Under the pieces are notes generated by a model. That model did no database searches. It saw only the letters and a program-made list of their open reading frames with translations, and was not told the DNA's origin. A DNA stretch of 64,000 nucleotides, from positions 620,001-684,000 of the forward strand of contig CP120463.1 of assembly GCA_034226945.1 (NCBI GenBank), given 5' to 3'. This stretch comes from Picochlorum sp. SENEW3. Lineage: Eukaryota. A program made the position numbers and the translations under genes. Positions 45,997 to 57,917 of the stretch are shown piece by piece. The stretch's first letter is position 1; every line of letters starts with the position of its first letter.

Positions 45997-47454
45997 CTAC
46001 GTGTTGTCAGGTGTGACAACAACACATGTGTCCTTCTTCAATGTGTATCCTGGTTCGCAGACATATTTCCCCTGTAAACATATCTGCATGTTTGAGGGAC
46101 ATGCTTTGCATGTTCCTTTTGAATAATCAGGAGAGAAAAAGGTGACCTTGTTCTTCTTTCTGTTCCTTGTTTCACCACACACCAAACATTTGGATGGACT
46201 GGTTGGACAGCTCTGACATTGCTTGGATTCGCATGGGACGCATCTATTCTTCTTTGTGTCTGTAAAGTACCCCTTTTTGCATCTCAAGGGAAAGATCTTT
46301 GAGCAGGACTCTGCATGTTTGGGACACTTTTTGCACGTGTCACCATAGGATCCATAGCCAGGCTTACACATGTTGCATACACTGGCATTTTCCGAGCAGA
46401 ATTGGCAATTGTCGGTGCATGTGATGCATGAACCGGTCTTTTTGTCAACTCCATACCCCTTCTTGCAACTGAAACATGCATCTTTGTCAGCTTGGTATGA
46501 CTGGCATTTTTGAATACGAGTTCTCTTCTTGCACGTCTTTGTCTTTGTATCAAGGAAGTAATCCTCTTTGCACGATGATGCGATTCCATTATCAAAGCAG
46601 AAGTAGGCATTCGGTGTCTTGCAAGGACGGCATGCCATATTCGGCTGGGTTGAAGTTGGATAATACCCTGGAGCACAGTCAGAGCAACTGGTGGCATTGA
46701 CACACTGCCGACAGCTCTCTGGACATTTTTTGCACCTGTCATCCTCTTTGAAGTATCCCGTAGCGCAACTGGGACCATATGTATCCACGTTATCTTGGTC
46801 GCAAAAGCTGACTCCCGGGCCACACTTGACGCACGTGCCATTCCTCACACCATATGCGCCATCCATGTTTGGTGGGTTTTTATTGGGCAGCTTCAAGCCC
46901 TCACCTGGATCTGCGAGGCAATCAGTGCAGACGTCTTTATCATCGTCACACCTGAGACAATTGTTGTCGCTGCATCGTTCGCATGTACCATCCTCTTTTC
47001 TCCTATGGAAAAGTGAACATGTATCACAGGAAAGTAAACTATTCCAACAGGAATCACAATTGTCAACCCTACACCTTTGGCATTGCACCTGATCATACGA
47101 CATTCTGTATCCATTGCCACAGTTTGTGCATCGAGAGAGACCTCTTTCGTCTGTTGTCACGGCACAATTGAATACCTGCCCTTTGTACTGTAGGCACGTG
47201 CTGGTGTTTCCATCACACACGGCACATGTCTTGTCTTTGCACTCCTTGCACTTGCCATTCACAAGCCCATGACCATAGGCACACGAGACACACGTATCGC
47301 CCTTTTGGACGCAGCAATCTTTGTTCTTCTTCGTACCCTGATCACCATAGTGATAACACGGTAGGTCATCTCCCAAGTCTCCAATTTGGCAGTGTATTGG
47401 GGACAGTACGAGCAGCAAGATCAACGCCGCGACATGCATCATCAAAGGTACCAA
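45997..47454 (-). CDS. Secreted cysteine-rich protein with furin-like CxxC repeats
   Basis: Hydrophobic signal peptide; repeated C..C...C..C..GY units along the whole 485 aa; no introns. Confidence 0.8.
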   Translation of the reverse strand: MVPLMMHVAALILLLVLSPIHCQIGDLGDDLPCYHYGDQGTKKNKDCCVQKGDTCVSCAYGHGLVNGKCKECKDKTCAVCDGNTSTCLQYKGQVFNCAVTTDERGLSRCTNCGNGYRMSYDQVQCQRCRVDNCDSCWNSLLSCDTCSLFHRRKEDGTCERCSDNNCLRCDDDKDVCTDCLADPGEGLKLPNKNPPNMDGAYGVRNGTCVKCGPGVSFCDQDNVDTYGPSCATGYFKEDDRCKKCPESCRQCVNATSCSDCAPGYYPTSTQPNMACRPCKTPNAYFCFDNGIASSCKEDYFLDTKTKTCKKRTRIQKCQSYQADKDACFSCKKGYGVDKKTGSCITCTDNCQFCSENASVCNMCKPGYGSYGDTCKKCPKHAESCSKIFPLRCKKGYFTDTKKNRCVPCESKQCQSCPTSPSKCLVCGETRNRKKNKVTFFSPDYSKGTCKACPSNMQICLQGKYVCEPGYTLKKDTCVVVTPDNT

Positions 47455-48007
47455 AGATGTCTTTTTTCATACAATCTGTCTCCCACAGACTATTCGGTAC
47501 ACAATTTCCCTTTGGGATATGGTTTTTCGATATGGCAGTCCGTACCCAAAGGTTTGACGAGCTCTTTGCGCGATGATGATGTTCCTTCTCTCTCGAGACG
47601 CCCTCAAATCTTGTCTCTTGCCCTATCACGCATCTATAAAAAAACCCGCAGTCAGATCAAGAAATTTAGTACGACAGACTACTTGTTCGATTGGTAGACA
47701 ACTACTGTCTCATCATCCTCCATGTATAGGGTATGTTCCTATCAAAGCATCACAATGACCGCACACGATGGCACATATGCCCTCTACCGATCTCTAACCT
47801 GTCAGAACCCTCGTTCAACCGAATCATTCATCATTCGCACCAGAGAGGAATTCTCGTGGCCTGCAGTTTTCTGCCTGGGCAAATTCAGGCAATGTACTCG
47901 TCTGTTCACATACATATATGTATTTTTATTCATGATATTGGACCAGTGGTCTGTATAAGTATTGATCGAGTGATATTGAGTCGTAGCAGCCACCAAAACA
48001 GAGCAGA

Positions 48008-49230
48008 ATGCCTCCAAAGAAGAAGGAAGTCGTGCAGGAAAAGCCTCTGCTTGGCAGATTTAAGAGTAATTTGAAAGTATGTGATTATGTGTCAACGTGA
48101 GTGGCATTTCGGCTTTACTGACGTTCGTACGACTGCAGGTTGGAATTGTTGGGCTTCCAAATGTCGGTAAAAGTACCCTGTTTAATGTATTGACGAAAAT
48201 GGGGATTCCAGCAGAGAATTTCCCTTTCTGCACGATTGATCCAAACTCTGCCCGCGTGAACATTCCCGATGAACGGTTCAGGTGGCTTTGTGATTTGTAC
48301 AAGCCAAAATCTGAAGTACCTGCCTTTCTCGAGATTTGTGATATTGCTGGCCTGGTGAAGGGAGCTGCTGAAGGAGAGGGTCTTGGAAATGCCTTCCTGT
48401 CGCACATCATGGCTGTGGATGGTATTTTCCATGTGTGTCGGGCATTTGATGATGCTGATGTTGTGCACGTTGAGGATCGTGTGGATCCAGTGGAGGACTT
48501 GGAGATTATTCATGCTGAGCTGCGAGCCAAAGATATAGAACGGTGTAAGAATCAGATCGAGACGATCAAAAAGCAGAATCGCGGTGGCGGTATGAAGAAG
48601 GAAGCCAAGGATGACTTGGCAAGTGCAGAAAAAGTGCTTGAGTGGCTTGAGTCTGGAAAAGATATTAGGTTTGGAGATTGGAGCATTAAAGAGATTGATT
48701 GGTTGAATAACATGCAATTTATCACAGCGAAGCCTGTGGTATATTTGGTGAATATGAGTGAGAAGGATTACAAGAGGAAGAAGAATAAATGGTTGCCAAA
48801 GATCCATGCTTGGGTCCAGGAGCATGGTGGAGACCCCATGATTCCATTTTCTGGTGCATTGGAACAGACCTTGTTTGACATGCCAGAGGATGAGCAGCAG
48901 GCGTACTGCAAAGAACATGAAATTGTGTCAGCGCTGCCCAAGATCATTGTGCAAGGATTCAGAGCTGTACATCTCATATACTTTTTCACAGCTGGGCCTG
49001 ATGAAGTCAAATGCTGGCAAATTCGAAAAGGGTCCAAGGCTCCACAGGCAGCAGGCGCCATCCATAGTGACTTTGAGCGCGGCTTTATTTGTGCCGAAGT
49101 CATGCATTATGACGAATTAAAGGAGTTAGGCAACGAAAATGCAGTAAAATCTGCAGGTCTGTACAAACAAAACGGGAAGAATTACGAAGTTTGCGATGGA
49201 GATATTATTTTCTTCAAGTTCAATACTTAA
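48008..49230 (+). CDS. OLA1: Obg-like ATPase OLA1/YchF (intron ~48077-48138)
   Basis: MPPKKK..., [58 protein letters not shown]. Confidence 0.96.
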
Positions 49231-49276
49231 TTAAGGAACTTTTTAATTAAGGAATATCAGAACATTCTCCCCTTTT

Positions 49277-49496
49277 TGGCAGGAATCCTGGGATCAGGTT
49301 GACCCAACTTACATACACTCGGGAATCATTATTTTTTCGATTAGTTTTTATACGATGCCGAAGTTTAGGTTCGGTCGGCTGACCGAAGGCCTTGATTATA
49401 TAATGTGTTACACGATGGTTTATTTACGTAGAAGAATGGTTGAATGATTCCCGAACGCATGTAAGTTGGGTCAACCTGATCCCAGGATTCCTGCCA
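49277..49496. mobile_element. MITE-like element / long inverted repeat (220 bp)
   Basis: 38-bp perfect terminal inverted repeat tggcaggaatcctgggatcaggttgacccaacttacat, then a further 11-bp match after a 5-nt imperfect stretch; AT-rich non-coding interior; TTT on both flanks. Confidence 0.7.
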
Positions 49497-50210
49497 TTTC
49501 TGACCTCCCAGAACTCCTATTTCACGCTTGTATTACTCTAAAATCAATACTATTCCACTTTATAATGCATTCTTTTGATTGCATTGGTAATATTGCCCGT
49601 CATTGCAGGAAAGATCCTGGAACTCCAACTTAGAGTTGTCCTCTAAGATGCACGTGCCCGTTAGCATGTTTTCTTGACGGGGCAGCCTTTCTTGCACAGT
49701 CATATTAACATATATAGCCTTTAATTATACATTGTATCAAAATGGCTGGGGTTTGATGCACTTTGCCACCAGTACTTGCTTCCAGGAACTTGTTTTGACT
49801 TGTTCTAAAACACAGGGGCCCCGCACCCTTTGATAAACATCAAATCAATCTCGAAAGGCAACTTTGAAAAAGTGAAGAACGATGTACGTGTAGTCTTTAC
49901 AAGATTTAGAAGCATGTTTGAGGGAGAAGTACCTGTTTATTTACACTGTGACCCATGCATGGGTCTGGCCAGACCAGGCTGAGTCAGTCACTCAGATCGG
50001 TTTCCTCAAACTCGCATGAAAATCGCATGGGGCGTGTATTTATACTCCTGAAATCAATTGATCCACCCAAATTATAATTTTTGATTTGTAATATACTAGT
50101 GGGATGTGAATACTCTGTGAATACATCCGTGAACAGCTCGCATTTGCATTTGTAAAGTCAATTTCGGAATTCCCCAAGGGTGCTTTTCTTTTACAGCCTT
50201 CGTGAGCACC

Positions 50211-51403
50211 ATGCCGCAATCGATTTCATTGGGGTTTCAAATCGTATGTGCGTCGGGGAAGAATAGGTATCGTCGGTTGAGGCAGCAGGGTAGAGTGAAC
50301 CAGAAATCTCCTCAGGATTTGAAACTTGAGCATATTCGACGGCATGTGCGTTTGTATTTTTTTAAAGTCAATTGTAATCTTCACATTGAAAACTTAATAT
50401 TCTTGTATCTGTGAGCAGAGAGAATATCTAGACAAGGTGCAGCACGAACAAGAAGAAGAAGAAGAAGAAGAAGAGGATGCCGCACATAACCATCGATTGC
50501 GAGAGGTTGTGAATGAGCCCGAAGAGCACTCTGCTGCTGCTGCAACTATAGATGTAGCAGAACAAGAGCCTGAGATCATGGACACTCCGTATGATACTAC
50601 TACTGGAAGTGCTGTTCCTTTACCTGGATCAGATGAGGAAACATTGCGGTACGTGGCTGCGCATGATATTGATCATGCAGACATGTATGCATTACATATT
50701 GATATATAAATGATGGTACCATGCATGGTGCAGCAAGTCTAAAATTTTGATGGAAATTATGAATGCTGGGGCTGCTGTTGAAGAGGTTGTTGAAACATTT
50801 CGAGATGAGATTGACCATGTCATGTTGGAGCTTTTAGAGGCTAGAATTAAGACTGCACGGCAGTTGGAGCAGGATGAGGAGACCGTGCAGGGCATGATTG
50901 TATTGTATAGATACCTAAAGTCAGAGTATGACAGAAATGCAGCATCTCCAGCGCTCCGATTACTTGACACTCTTTTGCAACTCATGAACGATAGTGATGA
51001 CAATGAACAGTCCTTTGATGGAACATCACTGGCGTACGATAGACGTGAAGAAATGAAACAAAAGGTGATGGCACGCATGCAAATGGCATTTGATGCCTCA
51101 CTTCCATTGCAGAATGATGTTGTATCGGTGGCACAGCAGCTCGCGAGTGGTAAGCAGAGATTCATCGATGAGATTGTGAATGAGAGTGTCAAACCTCTGG
51201 AGTTTATATACGAAGTCGAGGCGCTGTTGGAGAAGGCAGTGGATCAGCAGAGAGTGTTGGAGGAGCACATTTCAAAAGAAGACCAGGGGGATGTGAAGCA
51301 TCAGCTACAAAAAGCGTTTGACGCCCGCTCTGAGACAATTGATAATGTTCAAGAAATAGTATCCATGGCTAGAATGGTATCAAATCGATCCAGAATCGAA
51401 TAA
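50211..51403 (+). CDS. PALE CRESS-like plastid protein (spliced)
   Basis: LYRYLKSEYDRNAASPALRLLDTLL and LEFIYEVEALL resemble, from memory, PAC LYRRIETEILKREASPAMKLLNDLL and VDFVREVDALL; GT-AG introns near 50267 and 50648. Confidence 0.6.
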
Positions 51404-51459
51404 CCTTGACGGTCAGAAAGTTTGTGCTTGTTCTCGTCGCGTCGCACAAGGCTCTTCAT

Positions 51460-51813
51460 ATGCCGAAAAAGGGAACACAAAGTGACACACATATAGCCCC
51501 ATCGAAAAAACGTAGAGGAGGAAAGAAGGCGAAAGAGGCGACGTCGTCAGTTTTTGGGGGGCAGTTGTCAGAGGAGGAGGTTCAAGGGATATTTGACCTG
51601 TTAGATACCTCTCAGTCGGGTAGTATAGGAGTCGAAGATTTGTCTGAGGCGTCCATCAAGGTTGGGGTGTCGATTGATGTAGACTTGGCCGAATGTATGA
51701 TGGAGTTTTTCAACGGACACGGCAATGGAGGAGAGAAGACTGAGCAGAGGAGGAGGATTACATTGGAAGAATTCACAAAATTCATACGCATGTTCCAACA
51801 CGATAATAAATAA
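51460..51813 (+). CDS. Small EF-hand protein (centrin/calmodulin N-lobe-like)
   Basis: LSEEEVQGIFDLLDTSQSGSIGVEDL and ITLEEFTKFI; basic N-terminus. Confidence 0.7.
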   Translation: MPKKGTQSDTHIAPSKKRRGGKKAKEATSSVFGGQLSEEEVQGIFDLLDTSQSGSIGVEDLSEASIKVGVSIDVDLAECMMEFFNGHGNGGEKTEQRRRITLEEFTKFIRMFQHDNK

Positions 51814-51825
51814 ATAAAACGGTAT

Positions 51826-52698
51826 TTAAGCACCATACTTTAGACTGTGGCCAACCTTGTACGCCACTTCATAGAGTATTCTCTCAATCTGTATACATTT
51901 TCCTCCGCCTTTGGAATAGACTCCATCAATGTCGGCAAGCGACTCAACATCATCTATTCGAGTCGATCCAGGAAGTCGATATACAAATACACCTACTTTT
52001 GAGCTATCGATGGGCACTTTTGATGCGCCACGAAACATAAAGCTCTGTGGAGGCCGGAGGAGGGACAGGCCAGATGTCCCATCCAAGAGCTCTTTCTCCT
52101 TCCTAAGGACATCAAATCCTCTACATTCAGTTACGAGACAGAGAAATACATTGCTAGAAAATCCTTCAATAGCATCGAGCCGTCGAATCAAATCATTTGT
52201 CCATCCTAGAGGACTGACTACTTCCATGTGTTTGGGACTGACAAGCAGACATACAATGTCACTTGCATCACCACCAGCCGTGTTGCAAAATGCATCCATG
52301 ATGCTGTCAGCCACAGAATCAACTGAATCAACTGAGATGTGTTTATTGTTATTCTCTTTTATGTCAGGATGAAAAATCCTCTGGATTTTTCCAACTCTAC
52401 TCTTTTCTAGAATGGGTACCTGATCCTCGTGTGTCACAAAACCAGTCATCACAACATTGTCCTTGTAAATACGCAGTGTATCCTCTCCTCCTTGTTGAAC
52501 ATACAAAGATCGCATAACCTGCTCCTCTCCACTCGTTGAATCGTCGCAATACACCCCGATTCCCGTGCATCCTCGAGCAACAACATGCTCATCAAGGTAC
52601 TGCACTGAGCAAGCAGCAGTGTCCTGCTGCTGTGAGAAATGAATCCCTTCTGATACGTAGACAATCAATGCCTTCGATGGAGAATCACTCTGTTCCAT
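51826..52698 (-). CDS. Conserved uncharacterised green-lineage protein
   Basis: PSKALIVY N-terminus, RPPQSF, TRID and C-terminal ERILYEVAYKVGHSLKYGA resemble a plant family ending in KYGA (recalled, not searched). Confidence 0.65.
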   Translation of the reverse strand: MEQSDSPSKALIVYVSEGIHFSQQQDTAACSVQYLDEHVVARGCTGIGVYCDDSTSGEEQVMRSLYVQQGGEDTLRIYKDNVVMTGFVTHEDQVPILEKSRVGKIQRIFHPDIKENNNKHISVDSVDSVADSIMDAFCNTAGGDASDIVCLLVSPKHMEVVSPLGWTNDLIRRLDAIEGFSSNVFLCLVTECRGFDVLRKEKELLDGTSGLSLLRPPQSFMFRGASKVPIDSSKVGVFVYRLPGSTRIDDVESLADIDGVYSKGGGKCIQIERILYEVAYKVGHSLKYGA

Positions 52699-53263
52699 AC
52701 GTATTACTTCCTTTGCTGTGCATCCAACAATCTATGCGTCAAACCAGGGACAGCCTCTCGCTGTGTTTGTTTTGCATCCAAAGCAAAGGTGATTGGACAT
52801 GCACTCAACAGCAGCAGTCTGCTGGATTGATCCAAATACACACGGGTTTGTTGGCCAACTTTCTAAACAGATCTGAAACTATTCGATATTTTGACTCAGA
52901 AAAGAAAAGAGTATCTAAATGCGTCAGTGAGTTTGTGGCAAGAGTCGTTTGTTCTGTCTCGTCGTGCGGCATTCTTTTTTTTTGGCGATTTTCACATTGA
53001 TCGGTCAAACTGTCCTCCTGATGGGAGGCTGTCGTTGCCAGCGGTGAGTTGTAAAATGTAGTCCCATCACAAGGTCAGATGTCAACGTGTGAGCCATGAA
53101 GTCAAAGTGAAATTCAAATACTTGGATAGTCCAGTACCGTGGAAGGACAAGTCGCTCTGATTCGTGCTATTGAACACGGAGGAGAACAAATCAACTCAGC
53201 AACTGGACACAACTTCAGTAGTCGCACGTTTCTAGGCCATTATATGCAACAAATACGTAAATC

Positions 53264-54033
53264 ATGGATCAAGCGTCTCTGCTGTTAAGAAAACAGCTGA
53301 AAGGTGTGTATGTGCTCGTTTGTGAATTTTGACTGACTCCATGTTTGTGGATGTTCGAAAAACAACTCTGTGGGTTGATAGCATCTGTTTGGAACATGCT
53401 CCTCGTGTGTTATCTTTTCGCAACTACCGGCAATGGTATGCCCTGGATCTTCTGACAAAGACGTGTGCGTCTCTTGTGGTGTGCAGAACTGACAAAAAAT
53501 CCTGTGGATGGATTTTCCGCCGGCTTAGTAGATGATTCGTACGTTTTCTTTTTCACAAGATATGTAATCTGTTAGTATACATAGATGCTTCTGTTCTGAT
53601 GAGTCATGATGTTTTTTCCCGCAGAAACTTGTTCGAATGGGCTGTGACCATTCTTGGACCACCTGACACACTGTATGAAGGTGGCTTCTTCAACGCTGTA
53701 CTGAAATTCCCCAAGGACTACCCACAGTCTCCGCCAGAATGCCGTTTTACATCAGATATGTGGCATCCTAATGTATTTCCAGACGGCAGAGTGTGCATCT
53801 CGATTCTTCACCCACCAGGCTTTGACCCAATGAACCCACAAGAGGATGCTGCCGAAAAGTGGAGCCCAGTGCACACCGTAGAGAGTATTGTCCTATCCAT
53901 AATCAGCATGCTCTCATCTCCAAACGATGAATCTCCTGCGAACATAGATGCGGCAAAAGATTGGCGTGAGAATAGAGCAGAGTTTAAGAAGAAGGTAGCC
54001 AAGGTAGTGCGCAAGTCACAGGAAATGCTGTGA
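53264..54033 (+). CDS. UBC7: Ubiquitin-conjugating enzyme E2, UBC7/UBE2G family, 2 introns
   Basis: ASLLLRKQLK|ELTKNPVDGFSAGLVDD|NLFEW, WHPNVFPDGRVCISILHPPG with the acidic loop insertion. Confidence 0.93.
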
Positions 54034-54096
54034 TCATTCTACATGTTACATACGTAATTTATATACCTATGCATATAAATATGATATGCGTAATTA

Positions 54097-55223
54097 TTAT
54101 TCCCCAACGGTCATACCAAAACCAAACTTGTAATCCTTCTTTGGGTAGTCCACTTCAGCTGACAGAAGGAATGTCACACCCACATTCACTCGCTCCTCCA
54201 GGAATGCTGCGATCTTCCCATCCGTGTCAATGCGACCACGGAGCCTGCATTGTCTCAACATGTAATCGTATCCGAATGATGCGTTCGCCTCGCGAGCATT
54301 CAAGTTGTACATGAATTCTGAAGCCAGAGAAACTTTTTCATTCACCCTTTGCAGGTAGGACAAGGATACAAGGCCGGTGTTGGCAATCTGCGCCGTCGAA
54401 ACAGACTTGTCTGTCGCATAACGACCGGCAAGACCGATTCCAGATCTGCCCTGCTCTGCCAAGTAAAATATCTCCCCACCCATGGACAACTTTGGAGTGA
54501 TGCTCTGGAAATAATTGGCTCCATAAAACTGTGACGTTCCCACCTTGACCTGCCCATTCCAATCCGCACCCTTGAGGTCCACATCAAACATTCCCTGAGA
54601 CATACCCTCCTCGTTCGCCATTTGGAACTGGGTCTTCAAAGACGCCATCTCAGAAATGTCGTATTTCACCCGACCAGTCAGGCGGCCATCTGTTGTGATC
54701 CTTCCTAGCATCAGATTACCTTGATTGGTCACCAAATTTGCCCCAAACTCGTATGTTCCGACTGGTACTTTGACTATTTGGCCATTTGCTGTCGGAACTT
54801 CCGTGTTGCCCATGAAAATGCTATGGCTCAAAGCAAAGTTGTTGTTCAAAGGTTTGGTAAGGTCAAACCGCAGCCCTTCAAACAGATCGGGCTTTAACGA
54901 CACTGCGTAATAATCACAAGTATCATGGAAACGCTAATCATCACGCGTATCAGCCAATGCAGAGGTAGTATCAAACAAACGTACTCATCACTTCCCGATG
55001 CAATTCCTCATATTTCACAGGTTGGGGCAGATTTTTGTAATCAATTGAATCCTGCAGACACATGGCGTCATAAAAAGTGAATACATCGCCAATCAGATGC
55101 CTGATCCATCGATACCGAGAATTCTCGGCTAGATAATGGACAGTCGGACAAAGGTTTACGCACCAGTCCATCAGAAGCAGCTGCTGCTGCGGATGCAGGC
55201 ATAAATGGATTTGATGTAGCCAT
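54097..55223 (-). CDS. TOM40: Mitochondrial import channel TOM40 (spliced)
   Basis: LPQPVKYEELHRE, LKPDLFEGLRFD, YEFGAN, GANYFQSIT, FGYDYMLRQCRLRG, YKFGFGMTVGE. Confidence 0.95.
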
Positions 55224-55518
55224 GTGTGTGTATAATAACGGTTGAATTAGACACAGCAACGATCCCTATCTATATCAGGGATTCCAGCCAAGGTAGTCTT
55301 TGCAGGACTAATCTGATCCCTATTCTCACTAGCGGTCGTATATATTAATTAATACTATTACAATTTCAGGAATGGATTGTATTCGGTACGCTTGGGATCC
55401 GCGGTTATGGCTGCTGCGACCCCAAAGTACTTCCTCTCTCTAATTTGGGATTGATGAGTTGAAGCCATATATGGCCATCTACAGTGAAGCAGGCCACCTG
55501 TTTGTATCTGTACGTTCA

Positions 55519-57653
55519 TTATTCGGCAGACTGGAGTACTTCTTCCATGATGGCTCTCGTTCTCGAGTTGTCAATGGTCTGGTAGGCTTGCGTCAAGCAA
55601 TGAAGCAACTTGTGCATGTTTGTGCTTGTGCGTGTCTGGGTCACACTGGATGTCAGGAATATCACCTTGCAGGCATCACAGGCAGCCCATTGAATCGAGA
55701 GGGATTTGGAATCAATGCCATTTTGTAGTATGGATTCGAAAGATGCATGTAGCGGATCCACATCACTCGCCGTATGAGGAGTGATTCTAATTCTTGTTCC
55801 TGTGAGGTACCCAAGGGCATGTATCCCCTGTGCTTTGACCTTTTCATGATCTTTGCACGCTTTCAGCACCAGCTCATGGAGTGTATCGCACATGTCTAAT
55901 ACTTCAGATACATGATTCTTCCATAGTGAGAGGTTTTCCATCGTAGACTGCCATAGGTTTTTGGTCACGGTTTCTAAAACTGCAGCAGATGGAATTCTCA
56001 CTGCCAAGATGGCATCATCGAGTCCAGTATGGAGGTTGGTCGATACGCCCAACCATACATTTCTATCTGGAATTGAAGTGTATGGAAGCGTGAGGAACGT
56101 TGACCTGATCATGGAAGAATACGCCTTCATAGCACTTGACCGCACTATTGATTCTGTATCTGTCGTCAATGCTAGAATAATGCAGTCCTTGGCATGAGCC
56201 GCGTCCTGCTGCCAATATGAATCTGGAAGTTGAATCATCGCTGCAAATCCCGATGCTCGTATTTTGGGGGCTGCGTGGGATGCAGCTGGGACTAGAATAT
56301 CACGGCAAATGCTGTGGATGGCTGCATCAGTGTCCAGTTGATGCGTCAAATCCCCCAAGAGTAATATCATTTGCTGCGTGCTTCTCTCTACAATGCCCTT
56401 TCTGTCAAATATTTTTCCCGTACTCTGTATTTTTGGTTTCACGTGGTATAACAATTCGCTGACCAGAGTATCAATGTCCCCTTGGTTCAGTAGATTCAAA
56501 TGCACCATCCCTCTCAATGCAATTGTGGCCTCAAGCTGCGCTGGTGCTCTTCCATGATGGATGCAGTATATTAATGTATCACATACGTCGTAGTTGGTGG
56601 ATGAGTCGTGCAAAAAGTCCCCACTCTGCTCTTTTGATAGGTCAATTCTGAGGCCAAATAAAGCTGCTAGTGATGCAAGGCACGCCTGCCGCACCTCATT
56701 TGTCGACGATGCAATGTTCTTTGACTCGATCACACGTCTATGTACTGTCTCGATTGATCTCCAGAAATACTCATGGGGCATTTTGTTCCAAGAGCACCCG
56801 ACAAGGAATGTTGTCAGTGCCCGTATGGTGGAGCAACAGGTGAGGTCATCCGTTTCCAAACGAATGCATCTGTTCAAAGCGTCAATATTCGAAAGTATCA
56901 TCCTTCCTAGGGATTCAGATAGACTGACAAAGCTTGTAATGCTGTCCCTAACTTCTCCAATGCCCAGGTATGCACGCTGACCAGGCCCCTCTATCAATGT
57001 CGATATTGCTGCTGCCGCTCCATGCCGCACACGAGGAGATGGGTCCCGTGCTACTGCATCCGTCAACGTATACGTTTCTATACGACCCCGGGAGGTTGGC
57101 AGATCTTGCAATAGCATATCTTTCCAATCACCATGGAAAGCCTTGGGCTGTAGTTTGACCAAGGTCTGCAGGCAGGCCAGATATAATACCCGGATTTTCT
57201 CATCAACGTCTGCAGCATGAGGTACATTGCCATTGTTATTTGGGTGCCCATCATCCTCCAGAGATGGGATTTGGCCTCCATGATTGGCCTTGGTACAGGC
57301 TTCAGTTGACAAGTCCATGTGTGCATCTCTTAGATTCAAAACAAGAGGACACAGGCGTACAAAAGGCCCTTTTATCTCCCGAATACTCTCTCTGATATCA
57401 CTCTTCTGTAATCAAAAACCGAACTGTCGATATGAGATGTGGTAATCAACCAATGGACATTCAAGGAAATAAAAGCACAACAACTCACCTGTTCTAATTC
57501 CAAAAGCAATGCTTGAACTCGTTTCATGTCAGTATACACCATCTTTATATCCTCTTTGCGATCTTTAGTATGTCGTATCTCAGAGAGATTGCGCTCAAGG
57601 CACTCAACAAGACCACATAGAGCACCTAGAAGGTGCCTCTCTGTCTCACCCAT
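55519..57653 (-). CDS. HEAT-repeat protein, HEATR6/DUF4042-like (5' exons approximate)
   Basis: PKAFHGDW, DPSPRVRHGAAAAISTLIEG, SFVSLSESLG, DHEKVKAQGIHALG, IQWAAC. Confidence 0.7.
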
Positions 57654-57917
57654 AGACCCACAAGTCAAAATAGGTCACTCCTCCCCTGTCTTTCGTTATA
57701 TTTGTGATACATGGTATATTAATAACCTTTCGTCACGTCTCATTCACGTCGAAAGGCAGTATGGTCGACGTTCAAGAGGCCCGTGGAACATTGACAAGAT
57801 GTATTTCCTTTCTTGTCCTTGTTCTAATGACGCTTCATGGGAATGCGAGCTAATGATGTTTTCAAAAGAATGATACAATGAATAATATCAAAGCAACGAA
57901 CATCAAATGATCTGTCA

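Noticed and set aside
55385..55435. Hairpin followed by ACA on the - strand between HEATR6 and TOM40
   Set aside because: No convincing 5' hairpin, so an H/ACA call is not supportable
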